A DNA stretch of 63,790 bases, filler included, from Lenisia limosa (lineage: Eukaryota > Protista > Breviatea), in assembly GCA_001655205.1 (NCBI GenBank). It is 12 parts of 12 records of this genome, joined end to end, with 100 filler letters (N's around TTAATTAATTAA, not from the genome) between each part and the next. Parts side by side here need not be neighbours in the genome. Positions count along the whole stretch, not along the records: positions 17,688 to 20,055 come from LPNZ01001104.1; positions 20,156 to 22,258 come from LPNZ01007794.1; positions 22,359 to 48,873 come from LPNZ01011451.1; 9 more parts are not named here. The stretch is one strand, 5' to 3'. A model generated the notes under the pieces. It was not told the DNA's origin. It made no database searches and was given only the letters and a program-made list of their open reading frames with translations. Of this stretch, positions 17,809 through 31,150 are shown in pieces. Position 1 is the stretch's first letter. Each line of letters begins with the position of its first letter. Position numbers and translations under genes: made by a program.

Positions 17809-19307
17809 CGCAAACCTGCAACGGCACCCTGGCTACCCCGGACTTTGCCACAGTCACGTGCTCCACTCCTGATTACGAAACCCAGGTTGGTTCAGGTTTG
17901 GCCTTAACAGGTTACAGTTCGAAAAAATTGTCACGGCTATCCGAACATTTATGGGACGACTCAACGGTATCAGTCTTTTTAGACTGTAGTGAAGCTATAC
18001 TGGCATTCTCTCACTCCATTTAAAAGAAAGAGAGGAACAATACGGTTTCAGCGGCTATAAACTGTTCATTTTGGTAGCTATTGCACTGCGAATCAGAAAA
18101 GTGACTGAATTATACTCGATACATTTTCGGTGTATTTCTAATGTTTACTGCTCTTTGACGTTCAGGAATGAAGCCCTAGTGATTTTTTTATCTCTAACGC
18201 CGCAGTGTCAATCCTCCTGTAATTCTGGCTACATTTTTGCCGACAGTTCCTCCACTAAGTACTACTCTTGCGATCAGCCCTATTTGACTTTTGCCAGCCC
18301 CGAGAACTGCATTGGTTTGGTGGTTTTCTTGAGCTGGTGATAGTGACTACTAAACTTGCCCATTTGTTCGCTTTTGGTTATTTATCATTCTGTTTGCTAT
18401 CATTCTTATACTTCGACCTGATACAGCTACGCTTGAATGCTATTCATTGATTCTCACACCCCACAGGATGCCCAACTATCACAGAGAAAGCCAATATGAC
18501 CGTCACATGTACAAATGATGACTGGAGTCTTTTGAACGGTGACGATACCTGTCAGTTCACCTGTGATGATCGTTATGCTATTGTTGGTACCAGTACCAGC
18601 ATCCAGTGTGATTTGACTGCTCAAAGCTGGTCCTTTGGATCGTGCGAACGTGGGTTTGTGCTTGAGACGCTTATAATAATTATTAATCTGGCCAGAATCA
18701 AACGTGTTTTTTATTATTTCTCATTGCTATATTTGCTAAAACATTAAATTCATCATATCATATGTAGAGCTATCTGATATAGTACTATACATATGATATG
18801 ATGATCTGCATACATATATCATATGCAGTATACTATATAATACTGAATTATTGTTGATACATCATCAATCAATATGATTGGCAATAGCAATATTGCAATA
18901 TTAAACCTGTTTCGAATCTTGATGTGTAGCTCGATTTTCACGACGCAGTTCTTCTTCTTACTCTTGTTGATGTGAATAAATCTGATTCAATAATCCAATA
19001 TCTCTTACTTATAAGCGTGATATATGGACGGCTTTAGCCAGATATAACTTTGTTTCATTTAACATCTATATAGTATATATATATTATAATTTGTTGCACC
19101 TCATTTCCGTAGCCAAAACCTGCTCCTCCTTCGACTCTACGTCGAAGTACGTCACCCAGGACAAGTGTGATTCTGATGACTCTGTGGCTGGCTGTGGTTT
19201 TACCTGTGATGCTGGCTATGTGTTTGACAACACTAACAAGGAAACACAAGGCCACTTTTACTGCGATCCTCTCTCATCTGACTACAGCCAAAGCGTCAAA
19301 TGTGTCG
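17809..19307 (+). CDS. Internal exons of a Sushi/CCP-like cysteine-rich repeat extracellular protein
   Basis: Exons 17809-17885, 18206-18314, 18467-18649 and 19113-19307 have AG/GT borders and encode C...C-x-F/S-x-C-x-x-G/R-Y...C...C modules (CQSSCNSGY, CQFTCDDRY, CGFTCDAGY). Confidence 0.7.
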
Positions 19308-21886
19308 GTATGTGGTGATATGATTCAGGGCTTTTCTAAGTTCTTCAATAGTTATATGAGCATCAAATGTGTCGGTCTGTGGAGCAGGTAATGGCTTAGT
19401 CATAGTTAAGGGCGCAATTGGACAATAAGAAAAAACAATATTTTATTCATCAATCACTTAAAAGTTTTTACTTATTTTATGAAAAAAATAACAATCAATC
19501 GCGCCATAAGGTCCACTCAATTGGCCAAAATGAAACAACAACATAATCTTAAGAAATATATAGATTCAAGGGGATACCTTTAACAAATGACCATGCCCCC
19601 CACCCCCAACCCCCATCGTAGACACGAAATATATACATTAGAAATCAAGGGAAACAAATAAATACATTGGGACCATGAAGAACCATTTACGGCTTTAGAA
19701 ATGAGGTGTTCTACTGACTTCGACTATTCGCAAATTGTCAATGGCCGGTTGGAATTTTGCTTAGGCCCCACAACCCAAGACGTTTGGGGGTTTTTTTTTT
19801 GAGGGGGTAGGGTTGTGTGATTGATGTAAATGAAGAAACGAGTTGATTTTAACCTAAATATGACGCTAAATTAGCAAAGAGAAAGGGGAAGGAAGGAATG
19901 AATAGGAGGGTAAATCACTTCTCAAAAATTCATTTATCGTGTGTTGCTGGTCGGCGGGGTGATTTTGGGCCTTTTTTGTTGTTCCTAAATTTTCTTTTTT
20001 CCTATTATTTGTTTGGAGTTTCAGATATTTGGTTCGTGATTAGTACTTTTACGCCNNNNNNNNNNNNNNNNNNNNNNNNNNNNNNNNNNNNNNNNNNNNT
20101 TAATTAATTAANNNNNNNNNNNNNNNNNNNNNNNNNNNNNNNNNNNNNNNNNNNNATGGGTAGCAGAGGTAGTTTATGGGAGGTCACGGCAGGATTCAAG
20201 GGGGTTAAAGAGACGGAACAAAGAATCGGCTAATCATGGAAAATTTCGTATCCTTATTCATAGCCGACTTTGTAAAAATACACATTTATGAACACCCTAG
20301 GTCCTACTTGTCGAATTTAGTCATATCTGTAATGCCTGCGGCAAGGAGGCGTGAGCGTGTACGCTCAACGTCAGCCTCAAAATCAGCAATTTTCTTCTGT
20401 ACAAAATTAGAAAGAGTTTTGAGAATTACAAGGATAACATTGGAGTAAATTCCAAACAGTAGCCTTATTAAACATGATTCATCTTGACAACTCCTACTCA
20501 TCTCTAACCCCCCCCCCCCCNNNNNNNNNNNNNNNNNNNNNNNNNNNNNNNNNNNNNNNNNNNNNNNNNNNNNNNNNNNNNNNNNNNNNNNNNNNNNNNN
20601 NNNNNNNNNNNNNNNNNNNNNNNNNNNNNGCGGACTTCCTATGCTGTCAAAACACCGCAGAGATAATCATGTTAGTGATGGTGATGATGGTTATATCAGA
20701 GATGATTTTATACGAGATAATGATTTTATAAGAGATAATGATTACATAAGAGATGTGACAATGGTCATAAGTGATGATGAAGTGTATCCCATATTTAAAG
20801 AAATGTAGGGTTACTTTGGAGTGTTATTACATACCCTACCTATAGAGAGAAGACATGGACATGCGCATGGGGTCCTCGCGTCCGACAGTCTCAGAGGGCT
20901 GCTCAGCATCGGGCTGGGCCTTCAAGGTGATTTATGCATGATTTAAATCAGAGTGTGCTCTACAAAGACTGGCTTAGTTTGATGCTACCATAGTTTGTAT
21001 GAACAACAGTGTGAACGAATCTACAAAGGGCTTACGATAGTTTTATTCCAGAACAAAATATTTCAACTCCCACCAAAGCCTGGAAGTTCTTTTCCACTCC
21101 CACCAAAGCCTGGAAGTTCTTTTGGAGGAAGACGCTGCGTCTGAGCTCATTGCGACTTTCCTCCTCTCCCTCGTCAATATCGGGAGTCTCTGGTGGCGTT
21201 TCTACGGTGGGTGAAAAGAAGGGATAAAAAAAGTGATCGGGAGGTCTTGACCGATTTTCTACGTGATTTCCAACGGAAAATCGGTCAAAACTCTACCCGG
21301 TCACTGCACGTGATAAACACTAACAACTTCAAAAATAATATCGTCTTGATAATCATTGGATGAATTTCTGAATAAACAAAAGAACAACGTTGTCCCAAAA
21401 GGAAGAATTATTCTGTTCACAACTATGCCATGATCCTTTAGAAACGTAATAGTGTGGACGGCTTCGGCCAAATACTGCCATTTCATCATTTATCATTTCC
21501 TGATTCACCTACCTTCCTCCTCCTCCACCAGCTTGATATCGACATCCTCAACTGCGGCGGCGTAGATCTGATCCGTCTCTTCAATGTCCGCATCGTCATC
21601 GTCCGCCAGGTCAATCATGCCTAATATGGTAAGCGGACGGTGAATCATGCCGTATATGGTAAGCTGAAGGACACAATTGCCTTATACGGTAAACCCGGCA
21701 ACCCAGGGGGGACGACACCTTAATCGGCTCATCCGCGCTGTGCTGCTGCCTCTGCATCCACTCTGGTCCTTCAACTCCTGAGGAGGGAGTAAAACCGGAA
21801 AATTTGTGAAACCATTTTATTACAGGGGAAGGAACACGGAAAAGGTTGGGCTTTGGGAAAATACTCCTTCCAGTGCAGCTATTGGA

Positions 21887-22105
21887 TGATAATACTTGCA
21901 GCATCATGCAATTGCAGCTTTATACCAGAAGCATCATGCAATTTCAGCTTTATACTAGCAGCATCATTCAATAGCACCAGCAGCATCATGCAATTTCAGC
22001 TTTATACTAGCAGCATAATTCGATTGCAGCTTTCTACTTGCAGCATCATTCAATTGCACCAGCAGCATCATGCAATTTTATACTAGCAGCATCATTCAAT
22101 TGCAG
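21887..22105. repeat. Degenerate tandem repeat (GCAGCATCATGCAATTGCAGCTTTATACTA-like unit)
   Basis: Repeated GCAGCATCAT(G/T)CAATT(G/T)CAGC blocks are visible throughout. Confidence 0.75.
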
Positions 22106-23694
22106 CTTTTGAACTCTCACGCAGCACAAAGCATCCCCAAACCAACCTCCAACAACAGGGCTTTCACTGTTTACAACGGGCACGGGGCTGAGGGGTGAAA
22201 TGCCTAGGGGACCAGCGAGACGGTCCGCCCATTTGCCCTTTGCTGGCTGGGGCTCTGANNNNNNNNNNNNNNNNNNNNNNNNNNNNNNNNNNNNNNNNNN
22301 NNTTAATTAATTAANNNNNNNNNNNNNNNNNNNNNNNNNNNNNNNNNNNNNNNNNNNNACCGGCATTGAGGTTGAAGAACGAGAGGATGGCATCGAGATA
22401 CGACGGCCCAGTCGCCTCATTATCTTCGGACCCGACGGCGGTGTCACAATCTGAAACGTCAGGGGCCGACTTTGGGCATTAGAGGGCAACGGATGATTCT
22501 AATTCGCAGCATGTCACCCTTGCCATACATAGCTCAGCCCAGCCAACCACCGTCGTCAAAGAGGTTCGGCTCGGCGGGGGCAGATCGGGGGCAGAGAGTT
22601 GGGTCACAGGAGCGCGCCGCCGTCAAGCTTGCAGCACAAATGTTGAACCATGCCTCCTGGGGTGTGCGCAGTCAGGTTGTTTATGATAGCATTCTTCACA
22701 ATTTCAAAACTGACAAGCCCCCTACATTGAGAAGTTCCAGGTCAATTTCGTCCTCCGAGGGTTCTGAGCGGTCAGGGTGGATGATCTTTCCTATCGACGT
22801 TGGTTCCCAAGGCTCCCCCCCCCCCACGCATGAGAGTCATCAGAGTTGCAACGACCTGCACAGTTGCTGGTCTAAGTACCCTGGGGCTCCCGGCCAGATC
22901 CTCAGCTGTCCNNNNNNNNNNNNNNNNNNNNNNNNNNNNNNNNNNNNNNNNNNNNNNNNNNNNNNNNNNNNNNNNNNNNNNNNNNNNNNNNNNNNNNNNN
23001 NNNAAGTGGTGATCGGCTGATCGGCTGTTGATCATTCCTTTGTTCAGGATTGATCCCGATTTGTTTAGATGCTCAAGAAATTACAGAGTATCAATATTAT
23101 TCATTCGTGCAAAAACAAATGATGAGAATGACACTTTGAATCATACTATTGTTAAAAGAAGATTATCGTTAGGTTCTGACCTGTTGAGCTTGATAGCATG
23201 CAGAATCGCGGAGACAGAGCAAAAGCGCGGTTAAGAGGTCTTCCCTGAGGGGGGCGTGGCTGGAGCCCGGAAGGAGACCTGCTTGGACTAATTTGTCTTT
23301 GTCCGTATCTATGGGGGGGGGGGGGGNNNNNNNNNNNNNNNNNNNNNNNNNNNNNNNNNNNNNNNNNNNNNNNNNNNNNNNNNNNNNNNNNNNNNNNNNN
23401 NNNNNNNNNNNNNNNNNNNNNNNNNNNNNNNNNNNNNNNNNNNNNNNNNNNNNNNNNNCCTTGATATTTACTACCCAAGATCAGGGTTAACACCTTTTGA
23501 TTGAACTCTAATTTTAACGCGAAGGATACTCCCATGATAAACTACACCAACTTTTATTGGCGATGGTGGCGCAAAGAAGGCAAGCCGCACCCAATATTGA
23601 TCTGTCATCCTGGCTGTCCGAGCCTCCTTGTCCTGATGTTTGTTAACAAAGTCCATCACGCATCAGACCTTCCTGTCATCGGTTTTGCTGAGCA

Positions 23695-23763
23695 GAATAA
23701 CAGAAGCGCCTCCCCCACCGCGAATAACAGAAGCGCCTCCCCCACCGCGAATAACAGAAGCGC
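23695..23763. repeat. 27-bp tandem repeat GAATAACAGAAGCGCCTCCCCCACCGC (2.5 copies)
   Basis: Copies start at 23695, 23722 and 23749 (partial). Confidence 0.9.
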
Positions 23764-24266
23764 AGATATGGCCGACTTTGCCAACTAAGAGACAGGGTTT
23801 TGACGAAGGCTAAATGGGGATGAAGGTAAAAAAAACCTGGAGGGGTTCATTCATACATAAATACTATATGCCGTTATGTAGCTTTATGATAGCATATGAA
23901 TACCATATGACATGATGGTAAAGTAGATGTAACTTTATTACGCCTGATGACGTCAGCAGATGACAAATAGTACCTGGGGCATACCTCGGCCTCATCAACT
24001 GTAGGCCCCATTGAGGGGGACGGGAACCCTGGTTTCGAGACTCTAGGGGAGTAAGAATGGTAGGCGGAGAAGGGTGATCCCTCCAATCAAGCATACCTTG
24101 TGATGATCGGTGTCTGGACCGACTGTTGGGGCGGGCTGGGCTCGGGTGTGGGGTTGGCGGAAAGAAGGGGCGTGGATGATGGTGGAGGCCTTGTTGAGAC
24201 TCCTGATGCCATGGGGTCGAAGAGGAGTGAAAGGGCCTGTATTGTGACTTAATGCAGGGTAAGAAG

Positions 24267-26323
24267 TCAGACCATTGAAGGATGACCTACGCTTGAAAGG
24301 AAGGCCTCTTCAGAAAAGACGGTGAAAAGCTGGGCCAGAATAAGGAGGGCCGAAGACGACGCAACCAAGGTATTAGGCTGTGTGGGGGGGGGGGGGNNNN
24401 NNNNNNNNNNNNNNNNNNNNNNNNNNNNNNNNNNNNNNNNNNNNNNNNNNNNNNNNNNNNNNNNNNNNNNNNNNNNNNNNNNNNNNNNNNNNNNCCGCGG
24501 CTCAGTCTGCTCAAGGGACGAGATCAAGAGGGCTTGGAGAAGGTCGTAAAGCAAATGTGACGTCAACTTCAATGACAGACCCTGTTCTATCAGGGCTGCA
24601 ACCATGCGTGGAAACAATAAGTTTTATTGTGAGAATATGGAGAAAATAGGACTTTTTCTGAAAACAGTTTTGCGGAAACACTCCAACCGACCTCAAAGTT
24701 AAGGCCAAGGATGTCGCTCAGATAGTAGGCGTTGTCTAGGAACTCCTCAAGGGCCTCACTGACACGATAGGGGTGGGCCTTGCTGGGGGGGGGGNNNNNN
24801 NNNNNNNNNNNNNNNNNNNNNNNNNNNNNNNNNNNNNNNNNNNNNNNNNNNNNNNNNNNNNNNNNNNNNNNNNNNNNNNNNNNNNNNNNNNNNNNNNNNN
24901 NNNNNNNNNNNNNNNNNNNNNNNNNGGTCATTCTTGGACCTTACGAAGCTCCACTTTTGCAAACCTCGGGTCCTTATGACACAGCACTTCGTCCAGACAG
25001 TGACACTGGTTCGTAACATAATTCACTAAATCGTCAACCACCACCATTTACGGAACAGAGCTCAAGCCTGTAATACAATCACAGCAACCTACCAAGATTT
25101 GAGAAGTATGGGATGTTTGCACTATCAAGCACAAACTCTTGGACGTTGGGGTCGGGAACTAGTGGGTAAGATGAGGGAACCAAATCCGGATGAAGTAGAA
25201 AACTATGAGAGAGCACCGCATCTCACTTGAGTAGATATTGAGAATAATAGTTCGAACCGAAGTTCGGACCATGCAGTCGGGATGCTTAAAGAACTGAACA
25301 GCTTCAGTGTACAGAGGAAACTGATGCAAACGCTGGAAGGTCAGATCACCCAAGAGAGAGCTTTATCAGGCAATCATCAAAACAAACCTCATTGAAGAAG
25401 AAGTGAATTATTTCTCTATTCAGCTTCAGGGACAACGTCTGGGGAGGTTACTGTGATCCTCCAATCCAAAAAGGCTGGTAAACAGTTTTATTCGAGAGTT
25501 GATCGAGAATTCACCCTGTTTAAACCCACCTTCAAGAAAGCAATGAAGTGGGCCAACACGTCTTCATCACTAAAGTCAATGGACTGCTCTATCAGTTTGT
25601 TGATGTGGTTTTGGCTGAAGATGTAGACTACAGTGTCAGCAGCCCACTCATTGCGAAGTTTTCAATAACTAACAAAGGCAATGTCCGCACCCCCCCCCAC
25701 AAAGAGCCTGGTTGGACTGGAGGTTCTCAATGAGAATAGACAGGGTCTGGATGATCTGTATTTTGACATCCGACGGAATGCGCTTCTTAATGTACTCCAA
25801 AACCAAGATGATGACACCCTGCTCAAGGAAGGCGCTGGAGAGGATTACAACTACCATCGAAGTGAAGATACACACATTATTTGTGTTATATTGTGATTAC
25901 AATATACTCTTTTAAATACCTCTTTACATTATTTATAAGAAGATAAATCCAGAAGCCCACTCAAGCAAGTCTGGAGTATGATTTTGATCACCCCAAATCA
26001 AGATTTCGGCAATCTCTCGCAGAGTCTCAACAATAATCTAATGCGTAAGATGTATACAACGTCAAACTAATCAATATTTAATCTCAATAGATACCTTAGA
26101 GTTCTTTACGTTGGGCTCATTATGACGAACAAGTTGGTGATGAAGATACCTATAAATTAGAGGGATATCTTGAGAGTAAGTGGTGCTTACTGCATATACG
26201 CCCGTGTGTGCTTGTTTTTTGGCTTAAAAAACGAATATTGAAGAGACTTGAGGGTGGAGACTTGGTACATTAATGAGAAAAGCAAAAACGTGAAGGCTTA
26301 CCCCTCTTCTCCTTAGGAGGCAT
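24267..26323 (-). CDS. CLEC16A: CLEC16A/TT9/GOP-1 (FPL domain) homologue, multi-exon, 3' end not determined
   Basis: Exons encode IIVETLREIAEILIWGDQN, VKIQIIQTLSILIEN, FSQNHINKLIEQSIDFSDEDVLAHFIAFLK, FPLYTEAVQFFKHPDCMVRTSVRTIILNIY and EFLDNAYYLSDILGLN, all collinear with CLEC16A motifs. Confidence 0.85.
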
Positions 26324-26559
26324 TGTATTACGAAAGAAGAAGATGTATGGACCTCTACTCCTCTTCTTGCTTTTTGTGTTGCTTTGTTTGGGATTGGATT
26401 TTGGGATTTATTGTTCACCTCCTCCTCGCCACCGTACTCTTGCTGTTCTGGTTTTGTTCTTGTGTTCCCCATTACGCAGGCATGCAGTGTATTATTTTTG
26501 CCCAAGAGTAGCCATAGAGCCATAGTTATCAAGTTATATACACAGACGAAGGGGAACAA

Positions 26560-28800
26560 ATCTAATCTTCCTCATCATCGACATCAGGGGTGTTGTCATC
26601 AATCTTGGGGGTGAGAAACGATCTTGTGAGGCAATAGCTTACGGTGGTTGAGTGAAGGAAGGCGGGTTTCTCATTGACGTAGAAGGGGGCGGGGGCAGAC
26701 CAATGCTGAGAGCGCCATTCACCCCAGAGAACCCAAGCGAAGGCCTGTGTTCGTCAATAACGGACCAAGGACTCAGAGACAAACCTGGATAAGGATGTTG
26801 TCCTCCTTGGCGGAAAGGTCGTGGGTGGTGATAGTGAGGTGGTGATAGGGCTCCTCGCTGGTCTTCATTGTAGCGGGGTGATCACGTCCTAAATGGTGAG
26901 GGGCAAAACGAAGATGTGAGTGATGAATCTGAAAGGAAAGCCATGAATCATGAAGAATGTGCAGTTCCGCGGGATTGGAGAATTTCACCGATGTTGCCAC
27001 AAAAAGCTGTTTTTTTGTATTGTATGATTGCTTACTGGGACGGGGCTCCTTCTCGCGTCTGAGGAAGTTCATGTTGAGACTCAGAGAGGGCATGGAGATG
27101 GACGGCATGGAAACGTCTGCGATGGTGAGAATGTGTTGACAAAAGGGAAAAGGGTTGTTGATGCTTACCAGGGAGAGAGACGGAAGGAAGGTCACAAGAG
27201 GGAAGAGGCACGGAAGGCATTCCAACCGAGGGCATGTCCATGGAGGGCATGGGGGGCTATATGGGTGAGTCATTATCACTAACCACAAGGGCATATCATG
27301 AAAAGTAAATGGGCAAACCTTGAACTTGCCGAGGCCGAACTTGGACCAGAAGGACTTCTTCTCGTAGCTCTCGCGGAGCCATACGGTGCAGGCCATCTTC
27401 TTGCGGCCGGGGAGCTTGGAAGAGAGCTTGTAGAGGTCGATGGCAATGAAGTCCTAAAGGGGTGACAACCGCCTGGGATACTGCTCTGGTTGGCAGGTAA
27501 GCTTACACTGAACTTGTGCATCTTGTAGTTAGCCTCCTTGAAGGTCTCACCAGACACCTGAAAGGTTGGCTTCAGTAGAAAAAAAAACAACAGAGAGAAA
27601 AAGCGAAACGCTGACAAACCTGGCAGGTGGCGAAGCCCTCACGACGGACAATATGCATGGCGCGCTTGTCCTTCTTCTTGTTGTCTGGAACAGTCAGCAA
27701 AGGATTGAAGATATCGACTATTTCGGCGAAACGACTTGAGACCTACTGGCAGTCTGCTTAACGGTCTTCTCAAACACCCAGGTAGACTTGGAGCCATCCT
27801 TGGTCTTACCAGCAGCAAGGGCCTTCTCAGACTACAAATATGAAATCCGAGTTTCAGTGATCCGAAATTCTGCATTAAAGGAGAGCGTTGCAAAGGGTGC
27901 AGGTCAACTTACGGGCTGAGGGATGTATTCCTGCTTGAGGAATGGGTAGAGCGCACGGTCGTACCATCCCCAGCGAGTGTAGCAGTTGTCACAGACACCG
28001 CGGAGAAGAGAAACGAGGTATTTGCCTTCCATAGGAACAGCACTGTAAAGAGCGTTCTCAAGCTCCTTAAATACGTTAAAAAATGCACAACAAAGTGATG
28101 ACAAACGTTGGAAGAGAAGAACTGGTCATCAGAGCGGTTGCAGTCGAGAGTGTAGGTCAGAGTGATCTTGTCTGGAGCAATAAGCTTGCTTTTGGCAAAG
28201 GAGAGAAAAAAAATCACAATTAAAATAGCCTACGGCTATCAAACTCGACAGACTTCTTCTCAGCATCATCACCTTCATGATAGGTGAAGATAACCTGGTG
28301 AATAAGGAGAAGAGTGTTGAGAGGGAAAGAAAAGGGGAAGGTTGGTAAGAGAACCAGTGGTAACCCTCAAATACCCACCTTCTTGACATTACCGGCAACA
28401 GCGTCAACAATACGGTCATCAGTGTAGATACAGAAGTGGGAAACTGCAGTAGCAAAACGCTCAATGGTATAATAGCAAGAAGAGCGAGTAAACTCGTTGC
28501 AGGCATGCTAAGGCATTCAATTAGAGAAGTGGAATAATTCGAGAAAGAAAACCGGGCAAAATCTGATTGTCTTACAATATTCCTTCAAACCTGAGACTTC
28601 TCAAGGGCATCAAAGTCAACCTTCAACTCCCATTCCTTGTAGTCAGCTAAAAGTGTTACATTCTGTTCTACTAATATTTAACACTCTTTTACAACAATAT
28701 TACAGGTGCTTACAGCAATCGTCACCAAAAGCACGGGCGATACGCTCCTTAGCATTCTCGAGGGCGGCCTCAATCTTATTCTTATGACTCTCGTCCATTT
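26560..28800 (-). CDS. Multi-exon eukaryotic gene of unknown function
   Basis: Spliced exons with C-ending codon bias, e.g. MDESHKNKIEAALENAKERIARAFGDD, LIAPDKITLTYTLDCNRSDDQFFSSN and DFIAIDLYKLSSKLPGRKKMACTVWLRESYEKKSFWSKFG. Ends are approximate. Confidence 0.55.
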
Positions 28801-30009
28801 TGAATTGAAATAGGAATTTCGAAAACTCAAAAATTTCATTTAAGGAAAACACTAGTACAGACTATTTCGTGTTGCCTTCTTCTCTCTGCCCTTTGCCTGC
28901 CCCCGCCATGCCCGTCTTCTCATGTATAAATATTGCTGTGTCTATTGTTACTAAGCAGTTACTTTAAGCGGGCTATTGATTTGTCCTTGTCAATGTAATA
29001 TTTCGAAACAGTTATCCTCCACTATGTCCGCAGAGACTCGATCGGTAGCCTTTCAGAAAGCCTGGCAGGTTGCTCAAAAGCTTGTGAATGACAAAGATGT
29101 GGACGATTCGCCGAAACAGCCAGGGCAACTGCCAAAGTCTGGCCGTTCACATCTACCCCCTCCACCCCCACAGAGGTCATCAATTGCCCAGTTACTGGAA
29201 TCAGTGGGTGGATGGAAGAAATTATTGAAAAAGATTTCTGCACTTGTTAAGGATTAGGGGTACGAATAAAGCTGATTTTTGCCTATCCTTTCGGATTCAT
29301 TCTATGTTTAAACGCCCCAGGAGGATATTGAGAACTCTCGCAGGGAAATATCCGAGCTTCAAAACGATATTTCACAGCTTGCATCAAGACTGGCCAACGT
29401 GCATCCCTTCCAAGATATTGTGTCATACAGTATTCCAAACTCAGTACATACTGAAAATGTTGGTAATGAAATGAAGGGAAAGTAATATACACATGGATAT
29501 GATATTGTTTTATTTCCAAATGGGAATTGATGTGTTACAGGTACACCATCAAAGCTTTGAATATGAAGCTCCATCTCCACCTCCCGAGGATTATCAGTTG
29601 AAGCAAGAAAGAAGAAGAACTGAAGCTCCAACGGCTGACTATGTTCCATCTTACTCCTTACCGACACAAAGCTCCTCTCATAAGTGAGCCAATGCTCGGT
29701 AATAAGGCAAATAGCCATCAGAGGCTGTATAACATCACCATCCAGGGCAGCCCTCCCATCTAAGCGCGCCACTCGAAATGAAAATATAACTCCAAGGCAA
29801 GTAAGCAGCGGGATTCTTGGTACTACTTTCCTTTTTTCCTCACGGATCAGTCGCGTTCTGTGAGCAGACGGGGACAAAGTCCAACTCCAAGCCAAACCAG
29901 TCAGACTTCCTGCGGTAGCAAAACAAGGTCAAGATCTAGTAGAAGGTGAGTTTCATTTGTTAGTGGTAATTTCCCCATTTTTGTTGTCATCATGAAATTT
30001 TAGGAATAA

Positions 30010-31150
30010 TGATTCATACTGCGGTTCCGTACACTCCTCAAGCACATCAGTAGCGTCATCGCAATGGTCGCGCGCAACATCCACTGAGGTACAACGGGAT
30101 AGGTCGACCATTCCATTTTCTTAATTATTTCAAATCCCATATGTTACTAAAGCTTCCTTTCAAGCGTCATGGCATTTACGACATTTCAGATGAACAGTTC
30201 ATCACGACTCAAGAAACTCCACAAACTCACTGCATCCAATAAAAAACTCAAAGCTGTGGGTAGTTTCTATTTGTGGTCTTTATATCTCATGGGAGGCGAA
30301 TAGTGATGCATAATTAATGTTGAGCTTATACAATGATGACATACTCACATTTCTCGCATTGCATAATTTGTTGCACGTAAAACAAGTTTCAGTATTAGCA
30401 GTGGGAAGCAAGATTGATTTTTTATCCAAGAGGCTATATTATTATGACCCACTATAGGAGAACGTGTCACTACGGAAGGAAAACCTGCGACTATCACGGG
30501 AGGTTTCGACGCTCAAACGCAATGCGTCTCGACTTGATGCCAGAGGAAAAGAGGTGAGGAATTCGCCAGATTTTCTAATGATGTTTATTTTTTGTGTGTG
30601 ATAAAACAGATAAACAGCTTCTTATTATTTCTAGTGTTGGTCTTTTCTCAAAGAACCTGTAAAGCGCCACAAATGCTTTTCAATTGAAATTAATATTTTT
30701 CGACCTCACAATAGAAAATTACAAAGTCTTTCTGATTTTGCAGTTGGATCTTTTGCGCCAAGATTTGAAACATCTCCATGTTGCATTCAAAGAAAGTTGG
30801 CGGCAGGTAATTTGCTGAAAGATAACTGTTGTTCCAAATATTATTGACATAGGAATGGTATCATAAAACGACTATCATATCACTTTTCTTATTTGCTCCT
30901 GATTTTGACCCTTCAGGTGAAAATGTGAGATCACAACAGCGAGCCATGATCAAAAACCTGTCTGAAAAGGTAAGAAGTTCCCAACGTACTACCGTATCGA
31001 TCTCATCAAATTGTCTTTCTATTATATTTTTCCATTGAGAGTTCAGATTGAGAGGCCAGGAAGATCCATGTCCGGGTATAAAAAGGCTTCACCATCCAAC
31101 CCCACTATAAGAAGGACAACATCACGACCCCCATTTAGATGACCTTTGAG
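30010..31150 (+). CDS. Multi-exon coiled-coil protein (unassigned)
   Basis: AG/GT-bounded exons encode ENVSLRKENLRLSREVSTLKRNASRLDARGKE and LDLLRQDLKHLHVAFKESWRQ. Confidence 0.45.

Noticed and set aside
22359-23020. GC-rich ORF 22472..23020 as a retroelement or gene
   Set aside because: No RT, gag or other motif is recognisable in any frame. It may be antisense to 3' exons of a neighbouring gene, so it is left uncalled.
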